From positions 1-46,347 of the IMG/VR virus record IMGVR_UViG_3300049142_000025: 46,347 nt of DNA; one strand, written 5' to 3'. Position 1 is the first letter of the stretch. Every line of letters begins with the position of its first letter. The position numbers and the translations under genes were made by a program. Below are positions 34,567 to 43,682 of the stretch, piece by piece. Origin of the DNA: a virus (lineage: Duplodnaviria; Caudoviricetes). The notes under the pieces are model-generated. The model did no database searches. It saw only the letters and a list, made by a program, of their open reading frames with translations, and had not been told where the DNA came from.

Positions 34567-35505
34567 TTGGCTAAGACCGGACCGCAGCGTTACCCGGGGG
34601 CGTCGACCGCCTACTGGTACGGGGCGAAGTATCCGGGCTCGGCGATGGAGTCGAACGTCATCGTCTGGCACACCACGGAGGGCACGTCGCTGCCGTCCTA
34701 CGACGGCGGCTCGCAGGCCCCGAACTTCACCGCGAAGCCCAACTGGGTTGCGAAGAAGCTGGACTGGTTCCAGCACTTCGACTTCGACGTGTCCTCCCGC
34801 GCCCTCGTCAACAAGGTGGGCGGAGTCGAAACGAACACCCTGAATGTCGTTCAGGTGGAGATCGTCGGCACCTGCGACCCAGCCACCCACAACAGATGGG
34901 GCTCGACGCCGCACCTGTACTCGCCGGAACTGCCCGACTGGGCGATCCGCGACTTGGCCGCGTTCGCCAAGTGGGCGCACGACCAGCACGGCGTACCGCT
35001 CACCAGCGGCGCGACCTTCAAGGCCTACCCGGGCAGCTACGGCGCCAACGGCGTCCGCATGAGCAGCACCCAGTGGGACAACTACACCGGCCACTGCGGG
35101 CACCAGCACGTCCCCGAAAACGATCACGGCGACCCCGGCGCGCTGCCCATCGCCGTCATCCTCGCCGCCGCGAAGGGCGGCACCACCCAGGAGGACCCCA
35201 TGGCAGGGATCACCAAGAAGGACATCGCTGACGCGGTCTGGCGGACCGACGACATTCCCGCCGGTTCCACCGAGGCCAATCAGGGCAACACGAGCTGGGT
35301 GGCCCAGACCTACCTGAAGGGCACCTTCGAGAACACGGTTCGGCTACTGACGATGGAGACCGCACAGACCGCGGCGATCGCCAAGCTGGCCCAGCTCGTC
35401 GGCTCGAACGTCGACACCGCACAGGTCGTGGCCGCCGTACAGAAGGCCATCGCCGACGCCGTCGTCAAGGTCAGCGTCGACGTCACCGGACCGGACACCG
35501 CGTGA
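34567..35505 (+). CDS. endolysin, N-acetylmuramoyl-L-alanine amidase-like
   Basis: Zn-ligand motifs IVWHTTEG and GHQHVPENDHGDPG; TTG start after GAAAGGGG. Confidence 0.82.
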   Translation: MAKTGPQRYPGASTAYWYGAKYPGSAMESNVIVWHTTEGTSLPSYDGGSQAPNFTAKPNWVAKKLDWFQHFDFDVSSRALVNKVGGVETNTLNVVQVEIVGTCDPATHNRWGSTPHLYSPELPDWAIRDLAAFAKWAHDQHGVPLTSGATFKAYPGSYGANGVRMSSTQWDNYTGHCGHQHVPENDHGDPGALPIAVILAAAKGGTTQEDPMAGITKKDIADAVWRTDDIPAGSTEANQGNTSWVAQTYLKGTFENTVRLLTMETAQTAAIAKLAQLVGSNVDTAQVVAAVQKAIADAVVKVSVDVTGPDTA

Positions 35506-35690
35506 CACCGAGCCGGGTGGCGGTCCTGCACTACTGCATGGCCGCCGTCTGGGTGCTTCTCCTCATCCCCACCCTGCTGCTCTGGAAGAACAGCGTCCTC
35601 TGGGTGGCCGCGATGTCGCTGTACGCAAATTTCGTCGGCCATCTGTCCGCGGCCAAAGCAAGCCGCGCCGAACAGGAAGCAGAGAAATGA
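35502..35690 (+). CDS. small 2-TM membrane protein
   Basis: Hydrophobic; overlaps both neighbours in the lysis cassette. Confidence 0.65.
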   Translation: MTPSRVAVLHYCMAAVWVLLLIPTLLLWKNSVLWVAAMSLYANFVGHLSAAKASRAEQEAEK

Positions 35691-36040
35691 AGATCTTCGG
35701 CAGAGAGCCGGTCACGGCCCTCAACGCACTGTCCGCGGTCCTTGGCCTCATCGTCAGCCTCGGCGTCACCCCGCTCACCGCGGACATGGCCGGCGGCATC
35801 GTCGCGTTCGTCACCGCAGTCCTCGGCGCCGCCGCTGCCGCCATGACGCGCCCGGTCGCCCCGCAGGCGTTCACCACCGTCGTTGCCGCAGGCGCAGTCC
35901 TCGTCGGCACGTTCGGCTTCGACGTTTCACAGCCGGTCGTCGGCGCCATCAATGGCGCTGTCCTCGCCCTGCTCACCCTGCTGACCCGCGTGCAGGTCAC
36001 CCCGACCAGCCCGGCGCCTACCGGCCCGACCCGCGTCTGA
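35687..36040 (+). CDS. holin
   Basis: MKIFGREP start, 3-4 TM segments, downstream of the endolysin. Confidence 0.8.
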   Translation: MKIFGREPVTALNALSAVLGLIVSLGVTPLTADMAGGIVAFVTAVLGAAAAAMTRPVAPQAFTTVVAAGAVLVGTFGFDVSQPVVGAINGAVLALLTLLTRVQVTPTSPAPTGPTRV

Positions 36041-36052
36041 TCGGATCTACAC

Positions 36053-36400
36053 GTGGCCGACGATCCGTCCAACGCTGAGCTCGCCCACCGCATCGAGGCC
36101 ATGCGCATAGACCTCAAGGAGGACTTCCGCGAGCTCGTCGGCCTGCTCGAAAAGAAAGTCAGCATCGAGCGGTACGAGATCGAACGACGGAACCGGGACG
36201 ACGTCCACGTTCAGATCATGGAACGGATCGCAGCAATCGAAGGAGCCCGGGAGAAGGAGAAAGAGGACGCACGACAGGCCCAGCAGAAGATCGACGACCA
36301 ACGCCGCGCAGACCGCCGTCTCATCTTCTCCGCGCTCATCGCCCCCATCCTCATGCTGCTCCTCACCCTCTACCTCACCAGCCAAGGGGCCGGGCCATGA
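36053..36400 (+). CDS. coiled-coil protein with C-terminal TM helix (lysis cassette)
   Basis: Charged coiled coil, then [21 protein letters not shown]. Confidence 0.72.
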   Translation: MADDPSNAELAHRIEAMRIDLKEDFRELVGLLEKKVSIERYEIERRNRDDVHVQIMERIAAIEGAREKEKEDARQAQQKIDDQRRADRRLIFSALIAPILMLLLTLYLTSQGAGP

Positions 36401-37035
36401 CCGCCGCGCACGGGAACTGGAGACAGCAGCAACGCCGAAAGGACCTCCTATTCGCGGCTGGCCTGCTGGCCGCGTTCGCGGGGATGGTCCTGCTGGCGCT
36501 GTTCGTGCAGGGCCTCACCCAGGACCGGGACGCCCTCGCGAGGCAGGTACAGCAGCTCGGCGGGACACCAGTGGCCGGACCGCCAGGAGTTCGCGGCGAG
36601 CCCGGTGAGGGCGTAACCGGGCCACCTGGCGCGTCGGGCGACCGGGGAGAGATGGGCGAGCCAGGTGCCCCAGGAGCCTCTGGATCGCCCGGCCGCGACG
36701 GGGTCAACGGAAGCCCGGGCGCGGCTGGTTCACCGGGCGCCACAGGGCCACCCGGTCCGACTGGGGCTGTCGGCGCAACCGGACCCGCGGGGCCACAGGG
36801 CGAACCGGGCCCGGCCGGGCCCCAAGGCGAACCCGGACCCGCAGGTCCGAAGGGCGACACCGGTGAACAGGGGCCCCCAGGACCGACCTGCCCCGACGGC
36901 TACAGCTTGCAGGCCCCGTCCTACGACCCGGACGCACTCGTCTGCCGGAAGGACGGCGCTCCGCAGCCCGGGGACTCTGACTCGCCGTCCCCGCAGGTGC
37001 TGAGCCTCGACCCGCAGCGCCGACAGTACGTATAG
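36397..37035 (+). CDS. membrane-anchored collagen-like protein
   Basis: N-terminal TM helix, long Gly-X-Y run, C-terminal CPDGY...LVC. Confidence 0.85.
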   Translation: MTAAHGNWRQQQRRKDLLFAAGLLAAFAGMVLLALFVQGLTQDRDALARQVQQLGGTPVAGPPGVRGEPGEGVTGPPGASGDRGEMGEPGAPGASGSPGRDGVNGSPGAAGSPGATGPPGPTGAVGATGPAGPQGEPGPAGPQGEPGPAGPKGDTGEQGPPGPTCPDGYSLQAPSYDPDALVCRKDGAPQPGDSDSPSPQVLSLDPQRRQYV

Positions 37036-37042
37036 GAGACCG

Positions 37043-37354
37043 ATGCCTGAAGCCGTCCCCCGACAGCCGCGCCGCGACGACACCGCCGCGGACGCTGGCT
37101 CGCTCGAACGCATGGGCCGCATCGAGGAACAACCCATCCCAGCAGCCCTCGCCGAACTCGCGGTGGAACCATCGGCTGAGGAGCCGGCAGCCGAGCAGGA
37201 CACGGCAGAACTGCAGGAAGCGCTCGCGGGCGTCGGCGTCACCGCAACCGCAGCGGACCACGCCGCGATGCAGGCCCTCGGGCAGCTCGACGCCGCCACG
37301 CTCGAAACCGTCACCCGCTGGGTCCAGACGAAGCCCGGCAAGGCCAGCAAGTAG
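37043..37354 (+). CDS. hypothetical protein
   Basis: AGGAG RBS, GC3-rich. Confidence 0.7.
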   Translation: MPEAVPRQPRRDDTAADAGSLERMGRIEEQPIPAALAELAVEPSAEEPAAEQDTAELQEALAGVGVTATAADHAAMQALGQLDAATLETVTRWVQTKPGKASK

Positions 37355-37363
37355 GAGGCCCCC

Positions 37364-37462
37364 GTGCCCGAAGAGAACGCGGACGAGCCGACACCGTTCT
37401 GGCTGTCGCCGCGGCCGTTCATCGAATCCGACCTGCCGCCCCCAGACGACGAGACCGAATAG
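37364..37462 (+). CDS. 32-aa acidic/Pro-rich small protein
   Basis: AGGAGG RBS + GTG; VPEENADEPTPFWLSPRPFIESD... Confidence 0.45.
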   Translation: MPEENADEPTPFWLSPRPFIESDLPPPDDETE

Positions 37463-37463
37463 C

Positions 37464-37491
37464 AGCGCCCCCTCCCCCCGGAGGGGGCGCT
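37464..37491. terminator. bidirectional terminator between convergent genes
   Basis: AGCGCCCCCTCC-CCCC-GGAGGGGGCGCT perfect 12-bp stem. Confidence 0.75.
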
Positions 37492-37500
37492 TCGTCGTGG

Positions 37501-38124
37501 TCAGAACTCCAGCTGCTTCTTCACCTCGGCAACGCTCGGACCGCTATCCGTTGCGGGCATCTCCCAGCGGAACGCCTTCTCGGCGCCATCGATGTAGATC
37601 AAGGTGCCGCCCTTGGCCTGCGCCTCGGTCAGATCGAAGACCTGCGCCCGCCACTGGTAGCCGCCCGGCTGCACCGGATCAGCGTTGTTGTACTTGTCCA
37701 TGACGACGTTGAACGCGTTGCCCACCTGGGTGGTGATCGTCTCACCGTCCGACGCCATCCACTTCCAGCCCCCGCCACTGATCGGGGCCGGCTCGTCGGC
37801 TGCCGCCGCGGTCATCGCCTTGTCCTTCATCGTGACGACGACAAACACGCCGTTTGCTGCGGTCTCGCCGCCGCCTTCCTTCGTGAACACGACGGTGTCC
37901 GGGGTGATCTGCAGGACGCCGGTCCCACCGTCTCCGGTGGTCCGCGCTGGCGTCCCGAACTTCATGCCCTTCTCGGGCTGCGCCGGCGACGACTGCCCGC
38001 CGGGCTGGCCTGCCGACGCCGACGGCTTCGAACTGGCAGCAGAGTCGCCGCCGCTGCCGTTGCCGCCGCATGCGGTGAGCGCGGCGAGAAGCAGAACGGC
38101 CGTGGCTGCGGTGCGTGCACGCAT
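37501..38124 (-). CDS. lipoprotein (DUF4352-like Ig fold)
   Basis: MRARTAATAVLLLAALTAC lipobox, Ser/Pro linker, beta-rich domain. Confidence 0.8.
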   Translation of the reverse strand: MRARTAATAVLLLAALTACGGNGSGGDSAASSKPSASAGQPGGQSSPAQPEKGMKFGTPARTTGDGGTGVLQITPDTVVFTKEGGGETAANGVFVVVTMKDKAMTAAAADEPAPISGGGWKWMASDGETITTQVGNAFNVVMDKYNNADPVQPGGYQWRAQVFDLTEAQAKGGTLIYIDGAEKAFRWEMPATDSGPSVAEVKKQLEF

Positions 38125-38161
38125 AGATCCCCCAAGGTTGAGCCTGTGATGTACCCCGTCG

Positions 38162-38803
38162 TTACGGGCAGGACTCCCCGAACTTGACCGCAGTGAACTC
38201 CACCGGCTGCCCGGCCAGCGCCGTGCCAGCGTCCGGCGTCTGGCTGCACACCTGCCAGTTCGACTCCACCAACACGAACCGGTCGTCCCCGCTTGCATCG
38301 TTGACGGTGATCGACGTGCCGGAGTCCAAAGCCGCGCGGGCGGCCTTCACAGACTTCCCCTCGAAGCTGGGCATCTTCCCGCCCGCGGCCGTCGGCGCCT
38401 TCTCGTCCTTCGACGGGCAAGTCTCCTCAAGCTTCACGGCACCGAAGTCCAGCGTCGTCTCTGTCGAGACGGTCGTGCCCGCGGCCACGCTCTGGCTGCA
38501 CACCTTCCAGTTCCGGTCGAGCGCCTGCATGCGGTCACGGCCGAGCGCATCGTGCGAGGTGAGCCCGTAGAAGCCGACCTCTTGCGCCTTATCCTGCGCG
38601 GACTGGAGACCCATGCCCACGAAGTTCGGCACGGCGGCCTTCTTCGCGGCAGGCTTCGCACTGGCTGGCGCACTGCTAGCCGGGGCCGATGACGTTTTCG
38701 GGCTTGCGACGCCCGACGGCTTGGGGCTCGTCGTCGGCTCGCAGGCGACGACGCCGACCGTGGCAGCGCAGAGCAGGGCAGCAGAAAGGATGCGGGTACG
38801 CAC
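38162..38803 (-). CDS. lipoprotein with two PASTA-like domains
   Basis: Lipobox GVVAC; VPNFVGMGLQSAQD..WKVCSQ and MPSFEGKSVKAAR..WQVCSQTP. Confidence 0.82.
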   Translation of the reverse strand: MRTRILSAALLCAATVGVVACEPTTSPKPSGVASPKTSSAPASSAPASAKPAAKKAAVPNFVGMGLQSAQDKAQEVGFYGLTSHDALGRDRMQALDRNWKVCSQSVAAGTTVSTETTLDFGAVKLEETCPSKDEKAPTAAGGKMPSFEGKSVKAARAALDSGTSITVNDASGDDRFVLVESNWQVCSQTPDAGTALAGQPVEFTAVKFGESCP

Positions 38804-38892
38804 AGATTCCCCCGAGTGATGTTGGTACAGGCGAAACACGGTAAACCACATGTGGACGATCCGTGAACGCACGTCACCACGTCGTGACATGG

Positions 38893-38947
38893 CGACGCCC
38901 CCGCTCCTCTCGCTGCCTGTCGGCGGTGGGGGAGTGGGGGCGCTTCG
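38893..38947. terminator. long hairpin/terminator
   Basis: CGCCCCCGCTCCTC...GGGGGAGTGGGGGCG followed by CTTCGTT. Confidence 0.55.
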
Positions 38948-39003
38948 TTGTGCGGGCTAAAGTTCGGGGAGGTCCCCGCCTGTTAACGGCAGGCGGGGAC
39001 CGC

Positions 39004-39185
39004 TCACTTCCCCAGGGTCCGGGTGAGGGCCCACGCTCCGCCCGGTGCGATGGCGAGGAACGCAGCAGCTGCCAGGCCGAGGCGGGCGAGCTGAGGCCGT
39101 CGCCCGGCAGGACGATCGCGGCGAACACGGCGAGACCGAGCAGGACCGGGACGATGAACGCGACGTTCGCGCGCGAGGAGTCCAT
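39004..39185 (-). pseudogene. frameshifted small 2-TM membrane protein
   Basis: First TM (VAFIVPVLLGLAVFAAIVL) is in one frame and the second (LARLGLAAAAFLAIAPGGAWAL) in another; switch near 39090. Confidence 0.45.
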
Positions 39186-39187
39186 GG

Positions 39188-39400
39188 TCAGACTGCCGGG
39201 ATCTCATCGGCGTGCATGGTCTCGAAGTGCCACCAGCGGCCCTCGGACCACTGCATGACCTTCGCGGTGTCGGCCCCGGACCGGAGGGCCATGCGAACGT
39301 GCTCGAACGCCTTGGCCTCGCTGGTGTGGGGGACTTCCGCGAGCTGGATTCCACCCTGGGTGAGGATCACGCGCCACGGCTTACGGGGCTTGGTGGCCAT
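39188..39400 (-). CDS. hypothetical protein
   Basis: AAGGAG RBS; MATKPRKPWRV. Confidence 0.7.
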   Translation of the reverse strand: MATKPRKPWRVILTQGGIQLAEVPHTSEAKAFEHVRMALRSGADTAKVMQWSEGRWWHFETMHADEIPAV

Positions 39401-39402
39401 GC

Positions 39403-39810
39403 TCAACTCTCCTTGTTCGCGAACCTCGTGGTGTACGAGGCGAAGCCGATGCGGGCCGCTTCAGCGGCCAACGTCTCCCGCCATCCGTTCGGCGGCGGGA
39501 AGTCCTCCCACTCGCCGTCGCCCTTGTAGTAGAGGAACGGGGCGTCGGTGCCCGAGGTCGCGATGAACTCGATGCCGAGCTTCTTCGCGTCGGCGACGAG
39601 CGCGTCCACGGCGGCGGTCAGCCCGCTGCGGGTGTCGCCGTCGCGCACGCCGTAGCGAGTCGACAGGCTCCCCTGCGTGGAGATGAGTTCGGCGTCCGGG
39701 TCGTCGTCGGCGAACCCGTCGTCGCAGTAGTCCAGCGATGCCGTCCACCTTCCGATGTACTCGGTGACGGTGATTCCGGTGGACCAGTAGCGGCCCGACG
39801 TGCTGATCAT
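39403..39810 (-). CDS. hypothetical protein
   Basis: AAGGAG RBS, ATGA coupling; MISTSGRYWSTG. Confidence 0.72.
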   Translation of the reverse strand: MISTSGRYWSTGITVTEYIGRWTASLDYCDDGFADDDPDAELISTQGSLSTRYGVRDGDTRSGLTAAVDALVADAKKLGIEFIATSGTDAPFLYYKGDGEWEDFPPPNGWRETLAAEAARIGFASYTTRFANKES

Positions 39811-40112
39811 GCGGTCTCCTTGTTCGTGTGGTGCTTGCGGATGTGGTTGGTGACGCTGGCGGGGGCGCCGACGTAGCCGCAGCCGCGCGGGCACCGCTCC
39901 CAGCCTCCCTCGTTCACGGCGGCCTCGGTCACCGACTTGTCCGGCCCGAAGCCGTGCTCGGCAAGCAGGCGGGGCACGGACGCCTCATAGCGGACGGCCA
40001 TCAACGCAGCCTCCGCCACCTTGTCGTGGCCCTGGGCGAAGAACTTGCCCAGCCCGACCTCACGGCCGCAACCACACCAGCAGAAGCCGTTCGGGAGAAG
40101 ACGGTTGGTCAT
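39807..40112 (-). CDS. Zn-binding hypothetical protein
   Basis: CWCGCG..FAQGHD; C-terminal CxxxC..HxxxxH. Confidence 0.72.
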   Translation of the reverse strand: MTNRLLPNGFCWCGCGREVGLGKFFAQGHDKVAEAALMAVRYEASVPRLLAEHGFGPDKSVTEAAVNEGGWERCPRGCGYVGAPASVTNHIRKHHTNKETA

Positions 40113-40121
40113 GCCGCCCCC

Positions 40122-40346
40122 TCAGAGCTTGTTGGGTTGGACATCGAAGGCGGTGACGACGCCTCCCCTACTGAGGGGGTCACGCTCTTCGACTTCCGCC
40201 CGAACGGAGTTGAAGAGATCGAGGCGGGTCATGCCTCGCCCCGGAGTGCGGGTGCCTTGATAGGAGTTGATGCGGACACCCATGGCACTCGGCGCCTCGA
40301 TCACCATCAGCCAGAAGTGGCTTCCCTGTTCGGTGCGCCCGCTCAC
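40122..40346 (-). CDS. hypothetical protein
   Basis: GTGA coupling, GGAGG RBS. Confidence 0.65.
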   Translation of the reverse strand: MSGRTEQGSHFWLMVIEAPSAMGVRINSYQGTRTPGRGMTRLDLFNSVRAEVEERDPLSRGGVVTAFDVQPNKL

Positions 40347-40633
40347 TTCCCCTCCAGCAGTGCGCCAATGGCGGCGACGACGTCGGACACGGCCTGGTTG
40401 TACGCCTCGTCCTCCGGGGTGCCGGTCGCGTCCTCCAGGTACTCGCCGCGAGCCGCCTCGATCGCCTCGGCGAGGGCGTCACGGCGATGCTGGGGGAGCA
40501 GGTCGGTGACAAGCCGCTCGATGACGGCCGTCTGAATTCCGGGAACGAGGTGGAAGTGCGTTCCCTGTAGCGGTTCGAGGGCGGCAGAGGCACGAGCCTG
40601 GTCGCTGGCGTCCGGAGACTGAGTGTTCGTCAT
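40343..40633 (-). CDS. hypothetical protein (first gene of the leftward operon, probably leaderless)
   Basis: ATG lies 6 nt after a -10-like TATCTT. Confidence 0.65.
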   Translation of the reverse strand: MTNTQSPDASDQARASAALEPLQGTHFHLVPGIQTAVIERLVTDLLPQHRRDALAEAIEAARGEYLEDATGTPEDEAYNQAVSDVVAAIGALLEGK

Positions 40634-40667
40634 GAACCCAAGATAGCAAGCCTTGGGTTGCAGTCAA
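40634..40667 (-). promoter_or_regulatory. sigma70-type promoter with overlapping palindromic operator
   Basis: TTGACT-N16-TATCTT on the minus strand; AACCCAAG-N9-CTTGGGTT inverted repeat. Confidence 0.6.
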
Positions 40668-40720
40668 GGGTGAATGCCAAGGAGTGTCGATGGTGAGCCC
40701 TGAAGTGGCACCCAGGGATT

Positions 40721-40854
40721 GTTCATCAATCGGTCGAGACCTGAACCTGAACCGCGATCTTGCTCAACGTGGCGTTCGGCAAGTCGAGTTGTTCAGAAAC
40801 TCGTTCATCAACCTGGTAGTGTTCAGAATGCCAACCGATACGTTTGATGAACGA
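40721..40854. promoter_or_regulatory. res-like recombination/operator region
   Basis: AT-rich; GTTCATCAA at 40721 and 40803, GTTCAGAA at 40791 and 40821; perfect inverted repeat TCGTTCATCAA/TTGATGAACGA (40801/40844). Confidence 0.55.
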
Positions 40855-40866
40855 AAGGGGATGTGC

Positions 40867-41475
40867 ATGGCCCTAGTTGGCCTCGTCCGCGTCAGCACCG
40901 ACAAACAGAACGTCCAACGGCAGCACGACGCCCTCGACCCGATCTGCCTCAAGGTCTTCGAAGAGAAGATCAGCGGAAAACTCACCGCCGAAGAGCGCCC
41001 CGCACTCACCGCCGCGATCGAGTACCTACGCGAGGGCGACATGCTCTGCGTCCAGGAGGTCGACCGCCTTGGCCGCAACCTCCTCGAAGGCCTGATCGTC
41101 CTCAACGACCTCTTCGAGCGCGGCATCTCCGTCAAGGTGCTGGAAGGCATCGCAGCCGGCGAGCACAAGGAGCGCTCCCTGATCCTCGACCTCGCCCTGG
41201 CCCTCGCCGAAGACCGGCGCCGCGACATCGTCAAGAAGACGAAGGACGGACTCGAAGCCGCACGCAAGCGGGGCCGCGTCGGCGGACGCAAGCCGGTCAT
41301 GACCGAGGCGCTCACCATCCAGGCCGCCGCGCTGCGAGATCGAGGCTTCACCATCCGGCAGATACAGCCGCACCTCCGCATCACCGAAGGCGCGAACAAG
41401 GGGAAGCATCCGAGCGTGGGTGCCATCTCTCAGGCGCTTAGGGCGCACGAGGCGCAGACGGAAGGGGCTCCGTGA
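40867..41475 (+). CDS. small serine recombinase (resolvase/invertase family)
   Basis: VRVSTDKQ catalytic Ser; EEKISG; DRLGRN; GRVGGRKP; C-terminal HTH. Confidence 0.93.
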   Translation: MALVGLVRVSTDKQNVQRQHDALDPICLKVFEEKISGKLTAEERPALTAAIEYLREGDMLCVQEVDRLGRNLLEGLIVLNDLFERGISVKVLEGIAAGEHKERSLILDLALALAEDRRRDIVKKTKDGLEAARKRGRVGGRKPVMTEALTIQAAALRDRGFTIRQIQPHLRITEGANKGKHPSVGAISQALRAHEAQTEGAP

Positions 41476-42086
41476 CCGACCAACGCCCCACAAAGTGGGC
41501 TGTCGCCCAGTACTGGGCGACCTCGCCGTCCGGTCATGAGGTGTTCGCACCTCATCTCAGCCTCGACGATCCATGCTGCTTCGCTTGCGGCTGGTTCTCA
41601 GAGCGCTGGAAGAGTGGCCGCAGCCCCAGGACAGCCTGGGAGCGTGCTCGCCTGGAACGGGCGCACATCATTCCGGCTGGGCTTGGCGGCTCCAATGGCC
41701 CGGACAACATCATCCTGCTGTGCACTCCCTGCCACGAGGAGTCTCCTGACTGGTTCGACCCATGGGAGATGGCCCTCTGGATGTCGAAGCGCCCAGACCG
41801 CCCCAGCAGCGAGATGGAACAGGTCAACGCCTGGATAGACGCCATCAACGAGGTGCCGCAGTTCAGGGAGATGCTCGGCGACCTAGGCGCCACCGATCAG
41901 GGCATCGAGACGGTCCTTGCAGCCATGCGCACGTCGCTTCGCGGTGCCGTCGTGCACGGATGCGGTGTAGGCCTCAAGAAGGCCACGATGGTGGCGATCA
42001 CTAGGCGCACCGTTCATGAGGTGCGCGGCGCTCGATATCTACCCAAGCTCCCGGGCCCGCGCATTAGGCGCACCGGAGCAGGCTGA
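41472..42086 (+). CDS. HNH endonuclease
   Basis: CFACG...ERAHIIPAGLGGSNGPDNIILLCTPCH. Confidence 0.85.
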   Translation: MTDQRPTKWAVAQYWATSPSGHEVFAPHLSLDDPCCFACGWFSERWKSGRSPRTAWERARLERAHIIPAGLGGSNGPDNIILLCTPCHEESPDWFDPWEMALWMSKRPDRPSSEMEQVNAWIDAINEVPQFREMLGDLGATDQGIETVLAAMRTSLRGAVVHGCGVGLKKATMVAITRRTVHEVRGARYLPKLPGPRIRRTGAG

Positions 42087-42108
42087 TACTGCATCGCCGA
42101 CGAGACAA

Positions 42109-42150
42109 CGCGGCGCCCCGCCCAGGGTAAGTGGGCGGGGCGCCGCCGCG
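42109..42150. terminator. hairpin between convergent genes
   Basis: GCGGCGCCCCGCCCA...TGGGCGGGGCGCCGC. Confidence 0.65.
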
Positions 42151-42155
42151 TCAGC

Positions 42156-42362
42156 CTACTGGCTCTCGATCGAGAACCCGTCGTGCCCCTTGCAGAGAAC
42201 GTCCGGGCAGTACCAGAGGACGGAGACGTCTGGGTCAACATTGCCGCTGCCGTCGTCTTGGATGCGGCGGTCGACGCGGCTGGTCTTGCCGCAGTGGATG
42301 CAGGGTGCGGGCCGGAGGCGGCTGGCTTCGGACTGGCTGTAGATGGTCTTCGGTCGGCTCAC
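42156..42362 (-). CDS. small Zn-ribbon protein
   Basis: CIHC...CPDVLC; GTG start inferred. Confidence 0.5.
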   Translation of the reverse strand: MSRPKTIYSQSEASRLRPAPCIHCGKTSRVDRRIQDDGSGNVDPDVSVLWYCPDVLCKGHDGFSIESQ

Positions 42363-42521
42363 GTCTGGACGGTAGGGCCATTTCGCAGGGACGTTCCCCC
42401 CACTCCTCCTGGCGTCCCGTGCCACACTGCTTGTACGCCCGCCAAGTCACCCCCGTCTTGGCGGGCGCTCGGCGTTCGAGCGAGTCGTGGCCCCCGGAGG
42501 CGCCGGGCGGCGGTCTGTGGG

Positions 42522-42707
42522 TCAGGCCTTGGGTTGGGGGAGTTCGCCGGGCTTGATCGGCAGGATCTCGATGTCGGTGGCGCCCGCCTTCTCCAGCTCA
42601 CCCTTGCGGTGGTCGGCGGACTTCTTGTCGTAGGAGACGGCGGAGGCGCGCGACATCCCGTCGGCGTCGGTCCAGGTGAGGCCGTAGCTGTGCATGGTGA
42701 TCGTCAT
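42522..42707 (-). CDS. hypothetical protein
   Basis: MTITMHSYGLTWTD...; GC3-rich. Confidence 0.6.
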   Translation of the reverse strand: MTITMHSYGLTWTDADGMSRASAVSYDKKSADHRKGELEKAGATDIEILPIKPGELPQPKA

Positions 42708-42963
42708 GGGGGCATCATCGCTGGCGGCACTGACATCGCCCGATGAACTACTTTCGGCCGGGATCTTCCCTCGTGGCTGATTTTGGGCGCATGCTGTGCG
42801 TCCGGGTACTTCCCCTTCCCCCAGGTGAATGCCCCTGTTGGGCCCTGCCGTTCGCTTCGGGCGGTAGGGCCCGCCGCCCCTCCCGGTCCTCCCCACGGGA
42901 GGGCTTGCGGCTGCCCAAGGCGCGACTGCCCGCCCCTTGCATGATGGGGCGGGCGGTCCTGGT

Positions 42964-43257
42964 TCAGCCGCCTTGGCGTTCCTGCGCCTTCTCTATCCAG
43001 AGGTCGCGGACGCTGGTAGTGAGGGTGCCTTCGGTCTGCTCGTAGTGGGAGAGGGCGACGCCGAGGCCGAAGAGGGTGGGTGCCCATTCGCCGACGAAGA
43101 TGCCCCAGCGGTCGGCGCGGGCGAGGTCTGCGTGGCCGCCGGGTTCGGCGTTGAGGCTGGTTGCCCAGGTGAAGACGGACAGGCCGATGGAGGCCATGGC
43201 GGCGGTGTAGGCGTGTTCGCTGCGGATGCCCATGTCGTGCAGTCTCTTGATGATCAT
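42964..43257 (-). CDS. small membrane protein (copy 1)
   Basis: GGAG RBS; ASIGLS...RADRWGIFVGEWAPTLFGLG. Confidence 0.8.
   Translation of the reverse strand: MIIKRLHDMGIRSEHAYTAAMASIGLSVFTWATSLNAEPGGHADLARADRWGIFVGEWAPTLFGLGVALSHYEQTEGTLTTSVRDLWIEKAQERQGG
42997..43123. repeat. 127-bp direct repeat, copy 1 (identical to 46221-46347)
   Basis: Base-by-base identity from CCAGAGGTCGCGG to TCGGCGCGGGCG. Confidence 0.9.
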
Positions 43258-43366
43258 TGGCTGCTCCGTTCGTGTGGGGTTCACGGGTCGGAGTGCCCAT
43301 CGGGCCATGCCCTATTCGCCGCTTTCGCGTGCGTATGTGGCTAGACGTGGCGCAGCAGTCGGAATG

Positions 43367-43594
43367 CTACGTGGCGTCGTCAGTCGCCCCCGGCACATCT
43401 GGTCGTTCGGGTAGTTCCGCGCCGTCTCGTCGCACGTACCACTCCCACAGCTGCCGTGTGATGCGGCTGCGGTCGCTGCCTGCCGCGTGGGCTGCGGCGT
43501 CGAAGTCGTTGACCAGTTCGTCGTCGATGCCGCGCACGACCCGCTGCTTGTGGCGGTGCCTGTGCTGTCGGCGGCGTTCCTCTTCGCTGGTCAT
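43367..43594 (-). CDS. ribbon-helix-helix repressor
   Basis: QRVVRGIDDELVNDFDAAA...DRSRITRQLWEWYV; divergent from the next operon. Confidence 0.72.
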   Translation of the reverse strand: MTSEEERRRQHRHRHKQRVVRGIDDELVNDFDAAAHAAGSDRSRITRQLWEWYVRRDGAELPERPDVPGATDDAT

Positions 43595-43610
43595 GGACTG
43601 AAGTGTGACA

Positions 43611-43660
43611 GGTGGCTTGCCACCGGTCAAAAGGGTGCGCAATGATGGTGGCAAGCCACC
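43611..43660. promoter_or_regulatory. paired operator palindromes in the divergent intergenic region
   Basis: GGTGGCTTGCCACC (43611) and its exact reverse complement GGTGGCAAGCCACC (43647). Confidence 0.7.
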
Positions 43661-43682
43661 AACGACAACCCGAAGGAGTTCC

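Noticed and set aside
36575-36885. 9-bp periodic GG repeats
   Set aside because: Explained by Gly-X-Y collagen coding.
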